Shown here: piece after piece, positions 14,467-28,182 of the stretch
Layout of the letters: each line of letters begins with the position of its first letter
Position numbering within the stretch: the stretch's first letter is position 1
Notes under the pieces: model-generated
The model's input: only the letters and a program-made list of their open reading frames with translations
The model's database searches: none
Told to the model about the DNA's origin: nothing
From: Zygnema circumcarinatum SAG 698-1b
Taxonomy: Eukaryota > Plantae > Zygnematophyceae
Direction: 5' to 3'
NCBI GenBank assembly: GCA_037447605.1
Contig: CM074811.1
Span: 3,596,001-3,660,000 of the forward strand
DNA length: 64,000 nucleotides
Position numbers and translations under genes: made by a program

Positions 14467-17400
14467 TCAACTGGTTCTCCGCTTTTTGGCCAAAAGAGTG
14501 CCATCGTCACAGTCCTCGTTGTCTTCCTCCACCTCTGCTCCCCTGCCGCTGACGAACTTGTGATACCTTTCCTGCACGCCAAGGGGAACAAGAACACAAG
14601 GTCAGCCTAAGGGAAGAAATGCGCTCCCTCGAGACGATGGGCAATTTCCAAAAGAGGTCGCAACGGCAGAAACCCCTTTTATTGGTTGGTGTCTGCAGTA
14701 ACCAATGAAAAGCATCTCCTTGCCTTGCCTTTGCCTACCTAGTAAACCACAAGACGAAGTACAGATCTGGTTTTGCACCAAAATCGAAAACTACAGATGG
14801 AAAGGTACCATTGCACCATACCGAGCGCAGCATCATGAGGGTCGGCCGGAGGCAGGCGCTGCTGCTCGGCGGGAACCACGAGTTGACTGAGAGGCTGAAC
14901 TCCAGTGTGAACACCTGCCGGCCCGCCCCGCAGAGAGCACACAGGTGGAAAGTGAGTTTTGACAAGCTGCCAAACCACTGACCTAAACAAAAACGGGATC
15001 GGCAAAATCCAAAGCCAAGAGCTTCATGCATACCTCATGCCACCAGCCGGCAGGGATGTATATTGCCTCTCCAGCGTGTACCTGCTGCCCAACATCCAAT
15101 AGGTTGACCTGTAATCTAAGTAAAAGACGGGGATGGAGGGGGGTCGATGGAGCCAAACGAGGCGCCGATCCTCCACTATTACAAGTTTCGGGCCTTCACC
15201 CTTTCATTGATCTTCCTAATAATATACAGCCCCTCGGTTTAAAGAAGTAGAGGTAGCATGACTATTCTTAACATTAAGAGCACACCGTCAGCTTCATAGA
15301 GCTGGCCGGGAGAAGATATATCTTTACTGGCGAACCAGCATTTAGAACACGGTGATCAAGACTATCCACTAGCATTGCTCATCTAGTCAAGATGCACACA
15401 AAAAAAGATGTGGCCCAACCCACACTTTCGATGTGCACATAGAGAATTCCTGTTTCTCTCTCCCAGCGGACATAGAGCGCCATCTCAGCCTACCTCTGCT
15501 CGGAATCCACTCGCATTCTCGAAGAAGAGGCGATGTTTGGTGCGGTCCGCGCAGAGGATGGAGGGGAGCGAGGACCAATTGTTCAGCGCCTCTGAATGGC
15601 CGACAAGGATATAACGTGAGTCAGTCACTCTCTCCCTGTTGAGGAGATCAAAAAACTGAAGCGCAACTACAAGATTTCCTGACAAGAGCATGCTGGCATT
15701 CCTCTCAGAATGGAACAAGAGGGGGTATGTTGATATCTTCAAGTATCACCTCCAATGTAGTAGTGTGTACAACATGAGTCCAGAGAAATTTCTGTTCCGA
15801 ATTTCGGAAGCACAACGGAGCTGAAAGCTGCTACGCCACAATAAGCGCATCCCCTCTCTCGAGTGCTCTCACCCCCTCCCCTTTGACAGTGAAGAAAGCA
15901 GTAGTTGAGCCCCCCACCTTTCTGCCATGGCTGCGGGTACACGTGTCGCGCATGCCCCGGCGGGTAGAGGTGGACCACCTTGCTGCCGTGGCAGCACACG
16001 TGGAGGTTGTCCAGCGCGTCAAAGTGAAGGCGGCTCGTGGCCAGACTGCCCGCCCAGAGGTTGTGCTGCCGCGCCATGGCGGAGGAGGGGAGGAAGGGTG
16101 CACGGAGGGTGGGGGCAAGGAGCTCCCTCACAAAGAATTGGAACTGGGGGGGGAGGCTGGCATCCATGGATTCAAGAAGGGGAAGGCCTCTCCAGGTGAG
16201 GTACAAAAGGTCTTCACCTGACAACTCACTCAGTCTGGAAGCTTCCTTCAAGCACTCGGCCAAAGGCATGACTTCGGTGCGTGATGATGGGATTGGCCAG
16301 AAGGTGAGAGGAGATGCAGATTCGCAAGAAGGGGGATTTGACGCACAGGAACCTCGACATTCTTCACGAGGCATGTCTTTAAATTCCTCACAATCATGAC
16401 CGGAAAGGATTTGCATCCCTAAACCAGCTGGCGACGCTGGGTTTCTTCCCGACTTGTCGCTTCCTCCTCTGATTGTTCCCTCCATTGATGGAATACATCC
16501 ATCCAGATTTACTTTTCTCTCACCATTCTCTCTGAATACTCCAGGTCTACTCTCCGCCTCAGAGGTGATTGCAGAGTGACCTATATTATCTCTGACTCCT
16601 TCAAATGCTCGATGTTCCACCCGACTCGGGAGTCTGTCACAACAACTTCCTGCATCCGAAGCGTCTCTGGCGACTGAATCTCTCTTGTCGAGGCTTCTGC
16701 AAGGTCTATCCGCTGAATGGTTGACCTCTGTCATTCGTGAATAATGCAAGCAAAAGGTCTCCACCTGTGACAGAGCGGCTGCTATGTGTCAAGGAATATG
16801 GTTGCTGAGAAAGCCAGTTGGATTTAACGTTTGCTTGACAATACTGAGGGCAAAAACTTCACGACATTGCCTGATCGAAGGACTGTTCACAAATGTTTGC
16901 ATCTCGTGCCTGATAGCCGCCCGCTAAGAATGGTGGCAGTTCCTCCGATGCTCTTCCTTTCAACTGACCATTAATCACTGCTCCACAAGCCACAAGGCAT
17001 AGACATGGTCCTGATTACCCCGGCGGACCGACATAAACAACGAGTTTTTTTTTTTGTTTGTTTCCTAGCACTACTCTCTTGAAAGCTATTTCGTGGGCCC
17101 AGCCTAAATCTTGAAAAGGCCTGCATGTCTGAGCACGCCCATGTTTGTCTATGCGAAACTCCTGAAGCCCCATTCCTGCCTTTAGCCCTGACCTTGACTC
17201 AATATTTTATCGTTCAGCTTTGTACCCTCGTCGTGACTTCAGTTTTATGCAGTCTAAAGTTAGACTTCATAATTTTCAATCCGAATTGCAAGTTGTTTCA
17301 TCATACCTCCACCAAGCTGCCGAGTAGTTTGGCGAGGCCGTCATGCACTCGTGCTGTGCCCAGAACCTCCTTCCAATCCGGGGCCCACGTGGCTGACAAG

Positions 17401-17566
17401 AGCAACGGCATCTCCCCCAACTCCTCCCCACTACGCGGTGCCGCTTCCAGCCTCCGCAAGGCAGTCTTCATGGGAGGGCCTTCCTCCACCCGCTGAAGTG
17501 CCTCCTTGAAATGCTGCAACATTGGAAGGTGCAAGGAATTGCCCCCCACTGTGGCTCGGATTTCAG
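14467..17566 (-). CDS. JmjC-only / Cupin_8 family 2-oxoglutarate-Fe(II) oxygenase (start uncertain)
   Basis: NLWAGSLATSRLHFDALDNLHVCCHGSKVVHLYPP gives the HxD motif and the 2OG Lys. The exon at ~15034-15081 reads VHAGEAIYIPAGWWHE (distal His), followed by VFTLEFSLSVNSWF. The last exon ends ...LLAKKRRTS* at 14467. Confidence 0.85.
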
Positions 17567-17859
17567 CTAAAGCAAGAAGGATAAGGAGCTGGCACTGTAC
17601 TCTAACCAACGACTCGAAGGTGAAATGTAGGCCGTCCCCGGGCTCATTTCATCCGAGAGAAACCTGAGCCAGCCGGTGTCATAAAAAAAACCAAACAAAC
17701 AAACAAACCGTCGGAAAAGGACGCGAGATTGAACACCGCTGGGCTCGGACTGCGCACTTCGCACTTTGAAGGCTGTGGCTTTGTTTATGATAAACTCGCA
17801 GCTGCACGCCAGCAGCGCGTGCGTAATCTTCAGAAGCACAAGGAGCAGCACGGGCAGCC

Positions 17860-20514
17860 ATGGGGCTGGACGGAGGGACCATCATATCGCGCACTGACGT
17901 CCTGCGTGGAGCTTCCTGGCGCGTCGCTTCAACGTAAGGGGGGAGGGGGGGGAGAGGCAGCCTCAGCCTGAGGGGTCCTGCAGGGTCGTGAAGGTTCTTT
18001 TCAATTGACTGATCATTCTGGACGTTTCGCTTTACCGTTCTCCGAGTTCAACAGTCCTGAACGCAACCGGCCTGCATGTCGGACTTCAAAGTGGCAGTTA
18101 CCTTTTCCAGGAAAAGCATAGTCTAATACTTTTAAATTTTTGCATTTGAATTTTTTGTGCTATAAAGGCTATTTGTTTCAGCGCTCCTTTGCTTTCTTGA
18201 AAAAAATGCAGAGATGAGCAGCATCGATCTAGTAGGGGCGGCCAAGTATCAACGGGCTATGTGGCCCAGCAGGAGAGTGGCAGCGCTGCAGAGGTTGCAG
18301 CTGCCAAGTGGAGCTCGTGTGCTCTCACAGGGGAACGACTTCAAGAGCCGGTGGTGGCGGATGACTTGGGCAAATTGTAAAGACGTTCTCTCTGGGGCTT
18401 GTCTTCAACTATTTCATCAGTTCTTTACTTCTCTACTAGCTGATTGTTTTGACTTGGTGAGAAGCGTTCTTGTGAGCTCTCAATAACACAGTTTATTGTT
18501 TGGTGGACGCAGATATAATCGAGAGAGTGTGGTGCAGCTGCTATTGGCCAGAAATGGGGTCTTTGCCGAGGACGCTGCGAAGGTATGCTTCCAATAAGCA
18601 TTTCTCAGCGTGAGATGGGCCAGCAAAGTCAAGGAGCAAATAAAGTTCAAGAGTCTCGACAATAGGATCACTGTCCGCGATTCAGGCTCTTTGGGAGAGG
18701 TTTGTGAAGCAAAGCAGTCCGTTCAGTTCGATAGAGCGACAATGGGGTATTACTGCAGTTGTGAAGCCTGTCCTACTGTTAGGTGATAGGAGAGATTGGC
18801 TCCAAAGAAGGTTGCAGAAATTGATGATTTTTTTTGTTCTTTAAGCTGAGCCGCTTTAACCTTCTTCGCTGATGTGCTCTTGGCTGAGCCGTTGTTTAAT
18901 AAGTTGAACTTAGGGGAAACGTGCAGTATCGGTATGAAAACCAGCTTCACTTCTTGGTGAACTTTGAACACCTCCGCTCTCTGAAGGTGAGGATTATTGC
19001 TTGAAGGATTTTATGGATTGCCTTACAACGATGACTGAAAGCAGCTGAACTTTAAGCTCTGATGACTAACTTTTTGCAAGTAGATTAAAAATCTCACTTA
19101 TAAGAAGTTAGTGGAAAAAACTGGCTTTATAAGGGCCAGTTCGGAGGTTTGACTCCATCCCGCCATCGTTGTTTGTTTCGACTCATGTTTCTGCAGAATG
19201 TATTCATATTGAAGCCGCAGTATGCGATAGAGTCTGGGGAAAAGTTTGGCGCGACGGTCTCAAAGCAGGAATCAAACTCTATACAGAAAGACGGAAACTT
19301 CGTATGCCCAATCACAGCTGTGGAAGCATGTGGGGCCCACCCGTGAGTCCCAACGTTCAGACCCAACCAGCGCCGCTTTTTGCTTTTGTTCTCTCAACGT
19401 AGTTATGGTTGAGGCATCAGACTTTGAGACAAGGATTACCTTCTAAAGCTCTGGGCGCATACCCAGGATTATTGGTTAGATGGTTGATTGGTTTTTTTAT
19501 TAGTTGTTGGACTATGTCGAGATGAAGCCTCACTTGTTAGTGCACGCGAGCTTTTGCAGATTTGCAGCTCTTCGGCCTTGTGGTCATTGCTTCAGCTGTC
19601 GTGCATTAAGAGAGGTGAGCATTTGATTTTTGCTTTAATTTTTAACGGAACGAGGAGTTCAAGATGGACCTGATGCAGAAAGCTACTGCTACTTAGGTCT
19701 ACCAATTACTTCTCGTGCTTTCGTCAAGGAGAATATGTTTTACCCCTTGGACAACGTGATTTGTACTCCCATATTTCTTGAGCTTTGCTTGCATAGAATA
19801 TAGAAATGGGGGCCATTTTTTCCAATGATATACTTTACATTGCAGCTTGCGGCCTCTATGGCAACGCTTTTGCAGGTGAAAGACGCTTGCTGTCCCCTTT
19901 GCAGCACACCATATGCGCTTGAAGAGGTTGTGGTCCTCAATCCTCCAGAGTCGCAGGTGAGAGTTTAGGTCTGCCGCTCGTTCTCCATTGTCGGCTGAAG
20001 CTGCAGTGTGCTAACCAAGGCTGCCATAACAAGATGGTGATACATAAGTTTTTCCCGTTATTGTTGCTTCCCTGCTCCAGATACGTGAACTTCGTGAGAA
20101 GCTGAGGAGGACGAAGAAAGTGCGGGATGTAAAGGTAAGGTTCATGGCTTGTAGAAGCCATCCCATCCCATCTCATCCATCTTATGCTAATTGTGTCATG
20201 GTGCTGTTGCAGAAGTAGCTTTGCTTTGCATTCCTTTTCAAGCCCTTGAACAAGTTGCATGGGTGGGGGCAGCAGCCCCTCCCTTTGATATGCTAGTCCT
20301 CCTCAGCTGCAAAATTGCAAGCAGCTCTCATTGTGATCCGACGACTGTTGATTTGTTCAAGAACGCTTTCAATTTTTCATGTGGTAAAATCCCTCTGGCG
20401 ATTGTTGTGGGGCAGGGCCAAAAGAGGAAACGTTCTGATGACGCCATCGTTGGCAGCAGTAGTGAACCTGCGCAGGCTCAGCAACCCACCCCTGTACAGA
20501 ATGGCTGCGAATGA
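17860..20514 (+). CDS. RTF2: RTF2 (replication termination factor 2)-like RING-domain protein
   Basis: Spliced reading: MGLDGGTIISRTDVL.. / WSSCALTGERLQEPVVADDLGKL / YNRESVVQLLL / FEHLRSLK / NVFILK..FVCPIT / FAALRPCGHCFSCRALRE / CCPLCSTPYALEEVVVLNP / ..GQKRKRSDD..CE*. These are typical Rtf2 motifs. Confidence 0.85.
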
Positions 20515-21563
20515 TGCAGGAATGTGTATTGAGAGAGTTGAGACCCGTTTGTGCCAACCCAACCAAATTCTATCTGCAGGCGACATGTTGCCTGCTGTCA
20601 TCCCAACTCGCTCAAACCTTTCATTATAGTTTTTAAGTTTTCCCCCTGGTTTACAAGTCATCGTTTTGGGTTCCTCCAAGTTTACATTTGGCACCCATCG
20701 GTCACAGTTTTTAAGTAAATAGGTTCCAGCTCACGCTGCGTACTCGTCCACTATGGCGTTGTCAGCGAGCTGTACCCATTCGGAGACGAGAACTTTGGCA
20801 GTGCTCAATTTTCCTTCAAACCGGTAAGCTTTGATACCAAATGACGAGGAGCAGAAGTTGATTGGAGGTATTCGGTTCTCTCATGACGACCATGAGTTAG
20901 GCTCTGACTCGTGGCGGTGGACTTGACTCCTTGCAGATGCTCCTTCCTGAAATCTTCGGTTGTACCACAGTACGCTGCAACGGAAGACGTAGTGTGCAGA
21001 AATCGATCTGTTTTTAAGAAACAATAACTGTAGAGCAGACTTTAGTTAGAAGTTTGGTAAACCCTTTCTTTAAGAAAACCAAATGCGTGATTTGATGCTA
21101 ACATAAGGTTCGACAGAGGGGCGTGACGCATTAAAGCAGAGTCAGCGAGTCTCTGTTGGAAGCTGACATTGAACTAAAGCTTGAAGTCGGAGCAAGCACT
21201 CTTTCCATGCCCTCCTCGCCGAGTGTGTCCGAGTAGTGAGCCCTTTGTCTGTCAGCGCCTGCTCTGATCATTGCCCGGCAGGGCAGGCTGCCGAGAGCAT
21301 CCAAAGCATGCATCAAAAGGCAACAGGCAAATAAGACCCCGAAGCTCATACATGTCCAGCGGGGCACCCCCCCGTCCGCCATAGAATAGAGCACAGGAGA
21401 GAAGGAAGCAGGGGCCGCACTCGTTCCATGTGGCCCAGTTCACGCGCAATCCGAAAAACCAGTCCCGTTCGGTCGGACAGTTCCTTGCGGCCACACGGAA
21501 CCGCCGCGCCGCCCCCTTGGCTGCGCGGGCGAGCGCGGACCGCGGAACGCAGCTGGGCCCGCC

Positions 21564-24562
21564 ATGGCCGCCATGGCCGAGCTCCACAGCGCGGGCTCTG
21601 TGTGTCGCCTGCCTTCGGCGGTCGCTGACCGCGGCCTTGAGCGGACACCTTCGCGCTTCTGCAGGACTCGCGCCGTCATCCGGGGAAGGCCTCGGAGTTC
21701 TGCTGCAAAAGGAGGTTTTGGGTCCGCTAAACGGTCATGCTCAGGAGCCGTAGTTTGTGCGGCTGTGCGAAAGCAGTCCGGTGGTGATGCTCCTGGAGAA
21801 TACGGAGGGCCGCCAGTTGACCTAAGAATAAGGAAAACCTGGGGAGGAAACGATGCGGATCCGATCAGTTCACCGGAAAAGTACATTTGGAATGCTGATT
21901 GGAAGACGCAGCTCGACAATGAGGCCAAGGCCGCCGCAGAGGCGGGAGAATCCGACAGTGCGAATGTAGGTGCAGTGGTTCAAGAAAGCGCACCGTCCCT
22001 ATTTGTTCTGATGATGTGAAGTTTGGCAGTGTCGCGCCGGCAGGAGTTGACTAGCCTCAATGCGTTTGTTGGGTTTCAGCAAAGCGAAAATGTATAGTTA
22101 ATGATTTGTGCACCTTTTCAAAACGCTGTTGAATTGCTATAATTGTGGCACGTGGCAGAAGAAGAAGGAGCAGGACGCTGGATTTTTGAGTATCGGCCGA
22201 GCTTTTGCTCTCGATAGGTAATTGCAGTGACGCTCTAACGAAAAATTGGGAGCTTCCACTGAGAATTCATATATGTAGGCACTTGTAGCGTTTACCTTAT
22301 CACCTTGCATTACTTAAATCTTCTATATCTACTGTGTTGACACTGAAAGGAAAGTGCATAATCTAGATTGCATTTCCTGATAGTTCTAATGTACAGCATT
22401 AAAGAAAATGTCAATTGTACCCACTTTCAATCGTCCTATAGGCACTAGGATGAAACCCATGCCCTTTACTTCGCCGAAACAAGTAATTGCACATGCTCGG
22501 TCATGCAAGGTGCGTCCTCACTCATTTGTTTTGCTTGAGTAGCAATTCAAAAATGCTATATTACTGGGTTGATTGGAAGAGTTCAGCACATGAGCTGATA
22601 GGGCCATGTGAGTTGGAAACGCTATTTGTCCATAAGGCAAATTCGAAATGAGGTACGCACGTGTCTAATGCTTCCACTTACAAAGTGGTGAATCGTTGAC
22701 GGCGTGCTGCTGAGCGGCTGCTCATGGCGAGCTACATGGTGCAGTTTGGATGTTGATCTCAGCACTGAACTCAGTAAACCCTCGAAGGCCACCTTGCAAC
22801 GCCAGGTGGCTGCAGCACGGGAAGGGGCCACTCCTGAGGTAGAGTAAAGTGGAAGAACCGCATGTTCGTTACACCCATTTGTCAATATACAATATGGTTA
22901 AACAACCCAATAGCACTTTTCCTCTTTATCAGGAAGCTGTTCAGTTCTGAAAGTCTGAAGACGTACTTCCTGGATTTCTGCAGATGATTCAGTCGGTTTT
23001 GTATGGCTGTAAAGTCAGTATCAAACTGTTTGGATGTTATTGGTTGCACGTTGGCTCAATCGGCTTGATTCGTCCATCGAGTGATCTGAATGGTCGCTGT
23101 TGATGCCTTGGCAGCAAGGAAAGAAGGAGGGCATCCAGTGGCGGTTTGCTCCAACGAAGGGAGAGGAGAAGAAGTGGGAGAAAGCGGCCAAATTCACCAC
23201 AGGTGGCTCGGTGAGCTGCAAGTACTTGAGTTTGGAATGTCCAATTGCCATGTGTAAAAGACAGGGAGATTGGAAAAATGCGTATACGACGACCTACGGC
23301 AGTTACTCAAACATTGCTTTTGAGTTCGTCCTGTTGTATCGTACTTGTGGAAAACAGGAGAGGCTGCTTCAGGAGGTTAAGGAGATTAGGGCAGTGAGGG
23401 ATCTTGCAGCAGAGCGTGAAGCGAGTCTCCGCCGCTTTGAAAAGGTGTGGGCGTCACTGCTTCCAACGCAAACCAGTCTCCTGAAGTTAACTTGAGCAAA
23501 GTTTGCTTGAATCATTTATGCATCCTTTTCATGTTCACTCGCTCGTTTTTGTGCATAATTTTTGTGGCTGAATCTGTACTTGCAATGAACTTGGCAACTT
23601 AATTTTTGGTCAGTCATCAGTAGGCCCACAAGTCGCCTCTCCCTTGTGGGTGGTCCTGGCCACAAGTATTTGCATGCAAACTCAGACAGGGGTGGGTCGG
23701 GAGGTTCCGCGAGGCAGCTCAAGGACGATCTGCTGCTTTTTACTATTGGCATTGGAGCTCTCTGCGATGTGAGTGCATACGCTGTCTATTCGCCGGAAGT
23801 CGCACTAAGGTGAGGGTGGCTCACAGCAACCAAGGGAGTTGGACCTTACAGAGTTCCTTTGAAGCCTCTAATGATGTTCTTGGGCCAATCCTTTCCTTTC
23901 ATCGCTGCTTCTCACTATTTATAAGTCATTTATCGCCTCTTGGGTGGCGCACTACAGTTATGCAGTCGGACTCCTTGGAGCGGTTGCTTATGTACGAATG
24001 CTCAGCAGCAGCGTGGAAGCTATTGGAAGTGATTCCGTATCGGGGGCAGCCAAGTGAGTTCTTCCTCTGTGTCATGAGTTAGGGCCTGCTCTTAAACATT
24101 TCATGAGTGCTTAAACCTGCCTATCTTTTGTCCGTGTGTAAAGCAATCTCCATGTCGTTTTTCTAAGCACCAATGGGGCAAGAGGGATTTCACAGAGGTG
24201 CATTGGGGCAGCCCCGCATCCTAGTCCCGGTGATTCTCGTGATGACCTTCAATCGGTGGAACAGGTAAGGGCCTCGTGGTTAGCTTTGCCATTGGCCAAA
24301 CGTCTGTGTGGCTTTCCATAGTGAAGTAAGAGCTCATTGGACGTAACTGAAATTATAACGCGGCTCGTTAGCGAATGCCGCCAGAGAGTTCCCGCTTTCC
24401 TAATTTCCTTTTTGGGCGGCTTGCAGCGTGTTGGTTCCCGAATATGGGCTCTTAAACCTGCAGCTTATTCCGATGCTCATCGGATTCTTCACATACAAAG
24501 CCGCCACACTAGTGCAAACATTTAAAGAAATCTTAGATCCTTATTTGGAGGATCCAAAATAA
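21564..24562 (+). CDS. CGL160: CGL160, chloroplast ATP synthase assembly factor with an Atp1/UncI-like C-terminus
   Basis: R/S/A-rich transit peptide; EYGGPP; YIWN; LDVDLSTEL; WRFAPTKGEEKKWEKA..TGGS; GIGALCDVSAY..YSPEVAL; AYVRML; QPRILVPVILVMTFNRWN; VLVPEYG..LIPMLIGFFTYK; stop at 24560-24562. Confidence 0.92.
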
Positions 24563-26028
24563 GACGTCTTCTAAGGGAGGAAATCGTTTGCTAGTGATTG
24601 ATTTGGTGACCCGATTGTGTACAGGGTAACATTCCGCTTGCATTTCATGAATCTTTATTATTTGCCTGTGTGTGGAGGCAGCGCTCATTCTGGTGCTATT
24701 ATGGCATTTGAGCAATGCCCATACCTCCCCCGTATTCCGCAATTACCCACTGCAAGAGAGCGGGTCCGGCTCCGTCCCCTGCGCGAATCCCCTTATCCCC
24801 ATACCCATTTCCATTCCTGGACTGAGACTGGCAGAGCAGACGAATAAGACAGGGCGGCACTGCACCGTTGCATTTTACGACAGCAAGTGCTAACAAGTTT
24901 CCACAATTTGTCTGATGCTCAGCGGGGAGTGCCTTGTCTGCCTTTCACCAAAGGCTGACTGCCACAGCCCTGCATTCCCAGCTACAGCCCAAAGTAGTGC
25001 ACCCCGCTTTCCTCATCCTTAGCGTCCGCCAAGCTCTGCTTGCCTCTGCCGTCCTCCACGCCGCCGCATGAGCCGGGGCCTCCCCCACTGCACTACCGGA
25101 ATGTGCAAAACGCACCTCCGGAAACGAGTGCAAGGGAGCGGCGTTCAGGCCGCAGCAGACTCGCTGTTCGGCAGCCTTGACAAAAGGCTCGCTGTCTCTG
25201 GCCTGCTCGCCTGCGCCATCGCCTGCTGCTGCTGTCGCCAAACCCCACTCGCTGTCGAAAGGACCGCCTGCCTTGCAGCTTCGTTCATACAACCATTTTC
25301 GAACCCCGTGACCCCTTGAGTCTCCTTCCCCTGGATCCCCTGGTAGAACCCGCTGGCGGGCTCAACCGGTCAAGTTCTCCCTGGCCGGCCGCCCATTGGA
25401 ACCGCATCCTCCCTCGCGGCCCCTTGCCATGACCCCCCTGGGGTCTTGCGGGAGACGAGGACAGCGAGTGAGCCATAGCCTCGCTGTTTGTTGCAAAAAG
25501 CTGCTGCTGCTGCTCCACCGAAAGCGCCATCTACCATCCTCTCGGCCTCTCCGCCCCCCCCAAAGACGCTGTAGCTGCCATGGCCTTGTGGGCAGCTGCA
25601 TTTAGGCAAAGGTCTTGAGAAGGTCTATGCAACTGGTTGGCAAGCTGAACTCCAACACAGTCAGCTCGCACTATCGAGGCACCCATGAGCTGCAGTCCCG
25701 CCTGCCCCGGCCTCCTCGGAGCCGCCCATCCAGCATGATTGCAAGATGTGCAACTCCCTGAGCTCCCCTTAAGAGGCATGCTGGACAGTCTAATTTCGCG
25801 ACCAGCTGTAGATGCCTGAAAGGGCCCCTTAGAGGCCAATGGCTCATGCATGCTGAACAATCCGCTCATGTTCTGCCATGGCGGTGGATGGGCTGCTGCT
25901 TAGCCAGCTCCGACCCGAGACATGACCTGAGGGCACCCCCAAGCTCAAGGCTTCCCTGCCGGCCGCCCCCCCTGCTCCCCCCACGATGACGCAGTCCCCA
26001 TCTGCATGTGTTTGCTTTCGGTCCGCTC

Positions 26029-28025
26029 TCAGTCGTCAGCAAAGTACTTCTCCTCCGCGTCTTGGGCCATCTCTGTCAGCCAATCATCGTCGAGGGTTGT
26101 GTCCGCATCTATTTGTGGGTAATCCACGAAGTCTTTATCATCTCCAAGAAGAAACTTCTCTTGCATGATTCGCAAAAACTCATCCTTCCGTTCCGTCAAT
26201 TCTTCAGCCGAAAGTTCCAACCTCCCGTGTGCGGAGCCCGATAGGCCCTCGCCTTGCCCAGCTTCCATAGAAGCTTCACTTGCAGTCTCTGCAGTATGGT
26301 CAGCAGTCCTCTCTATTTGCCCAGTTTCACCAGCAGACCCTCTCAGAGGCCCACTTGAAGCGTGATCTCCCGAACAGGTTTCCCCTTGTCGGGGCTGTCC
26401 AGCATCCGCCTTTGCATTTTGGTCCTCTCCAGGGCCATGGACATGGCCCGGGGCTTCTAAAGTTATTCCATTTGTAGACGCGCCTTTTCCCGTGGGCACG
26501 TCTTCTTCGTCAGAATCAGAATCAAACTCCTGCACATCCCACCCAAAGCATAGAAATGAGTGAAATCCGATACATTTCCTACAGTTCAAACCCTTCCCAA
26601 AAAGAAATGCTAATTGCCCAGCCTGTCATGAGCCTGAGACTGGGCAATTCTGCATTCCACTGAATCAGATGTGCTTGCTCCTTAGAGTCTTGAGATACTT
26701 AAAAACTGCAAGAAAGGACTAGTAGAGTGGAATGGCCCTCACTTCTATGTCTTCTTTCATGTCACTTGCTCCTTCCCCCTCGGCTTCCGCTTTGGTCTCC
26801 TCATCAGTCTCTTCTGGCAGTCCTGCAAGGCGCCGCTCCTCCCTCAACCGTCTGCGGAACTCCACCTCCTGAGCCTGCCTGATGAGCATCTCCGAATACT
26901 TCTCCCCCGGCCTTCCAACATCGCGCGCAGCAGGATCTTCAAACTGGCCAACATATTCATGGTGCAGGAGAGGTGCCCGAAGTCGCATGGTCTCGTCCGA
27001 AAAGTAGGAGCCCCTCTGCTTTCAAATATCCAAAGAAATTCACAACGAAGAAAATTGAGCCAACTTGATTATAGCACCACTAAAGTCAGAGCTACGTCCC
27101 ATCTGTAGCTCTAGATTTGGAGCACAAACATCTCAAATTTGACACAAACATCCCAGAACTGACACTAACACTTCTATCCCAAGAATCTACGGACAACCAG
27201 CACATGTCTTCATCGCTCTCGCTCAACTTTCGCACCATCGGACCTAATAAATCTGCATCACCTTTCCAATGCCTACCTCAATGAGTCGACTCATGTAGGC
27301 TAGTCGGCGATTCTTTACGACCGCAGACCTGCGTCGCTGATCTTTAGCTGTCGGGTTTAGTGCCGCCCTCAGCTCCCTAAGGTGCCATGCCACCTCATAG
27401 TCGCCTTCGAGGGGCTTGAAATGCGCCAATTCCGGACCCTCGAGGTTTTTCCCGTACCTTTCTGACACAGCCGGACAAATGGTTTCACGTGGTATTCGAG
27501 GTTCAGTGGCCATCTTCACTTCGCAATTCAATCCTGGTTCTAGCTTGCAGCTACTCGAAGGGCTTAATATTTTGTCTAAACATATTTCAGGCTGTACTAG
27601 TTTTACTTGTCGCGTAGAAAGCCTGGTTTTGACAGCTACAGTTAGGCACATCAGACTCTAAATATATTTTATTTCATTCGTGCAAGAGCCAATTTTCATG
27701 ATGCTCAGACACGATAAATTGTACCACGATCCTTTCCCATAAACTCAGTCGCCCGAAGCATTCCACAAAGTCGCTACCAGCAGACTCCGTCTAGAGCGCA
27801 ACAAAGTGAGCGAGAAAGCAATTGAAAAAGAAAAGACAAGGAGAGAGAGGCAGGGAAGGCTTGCCGCTGACCCAAAAAGAGAGCAGCATCGCGCTGCAGA
27901 AGCGACCTGAGGTGCTCGCTCCTCTCCCCCACACTCAGCCGCTCTGAGAGGGCGCGTGGGAGCAGCTGCAGCTCCCTTTGCGCGCCCAGCCTCTCTGCAA
28001 TCAGCGCGATGCTTCCCGCCTCCAT
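26029..28025 (-). CDS. CCDC97: CCDC97-like protein
   Basis: LLQRDAALFL/ERYG; DYEVAWHL; VKNRRLAYM; YFSDETMRLRAPLLHHEYVG; EFLRIMQEKFLLGDD..DYPQID..LDDDW..QDAEEKYFADD*. Confidence 0.88.
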
Positions 28026-28182
28026 GGCGGGCCGTCCGCCCCTCCGCTCGCTCCACTCCCTCCCTCCGTCTCTCCGACTCTCCCTCCCAACCTCCCTCCC
28101 TTCCCCCCTTTCCCAACTCCCTTCTTGTTCTCGTTCGCGTCCGCTGCCCCGCGCGGGGAGGGAGGGAGGGAGGGAGGCCGCC

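Noticed and set aside
15604-15613. U12-type 5' splice site ATATCCTT (minus strand)
   Set aside because: It falls inside an intron already explained by GT..AG boundaries that keep the JmjC frame.
24700-26000. Extra gene between CGL160 and CCDC97
   Set aside because: Several short overlapping ORFs with no motif or consistent splice pattern. More likely long 3'UTRs, though not excluded without RNA-seq.
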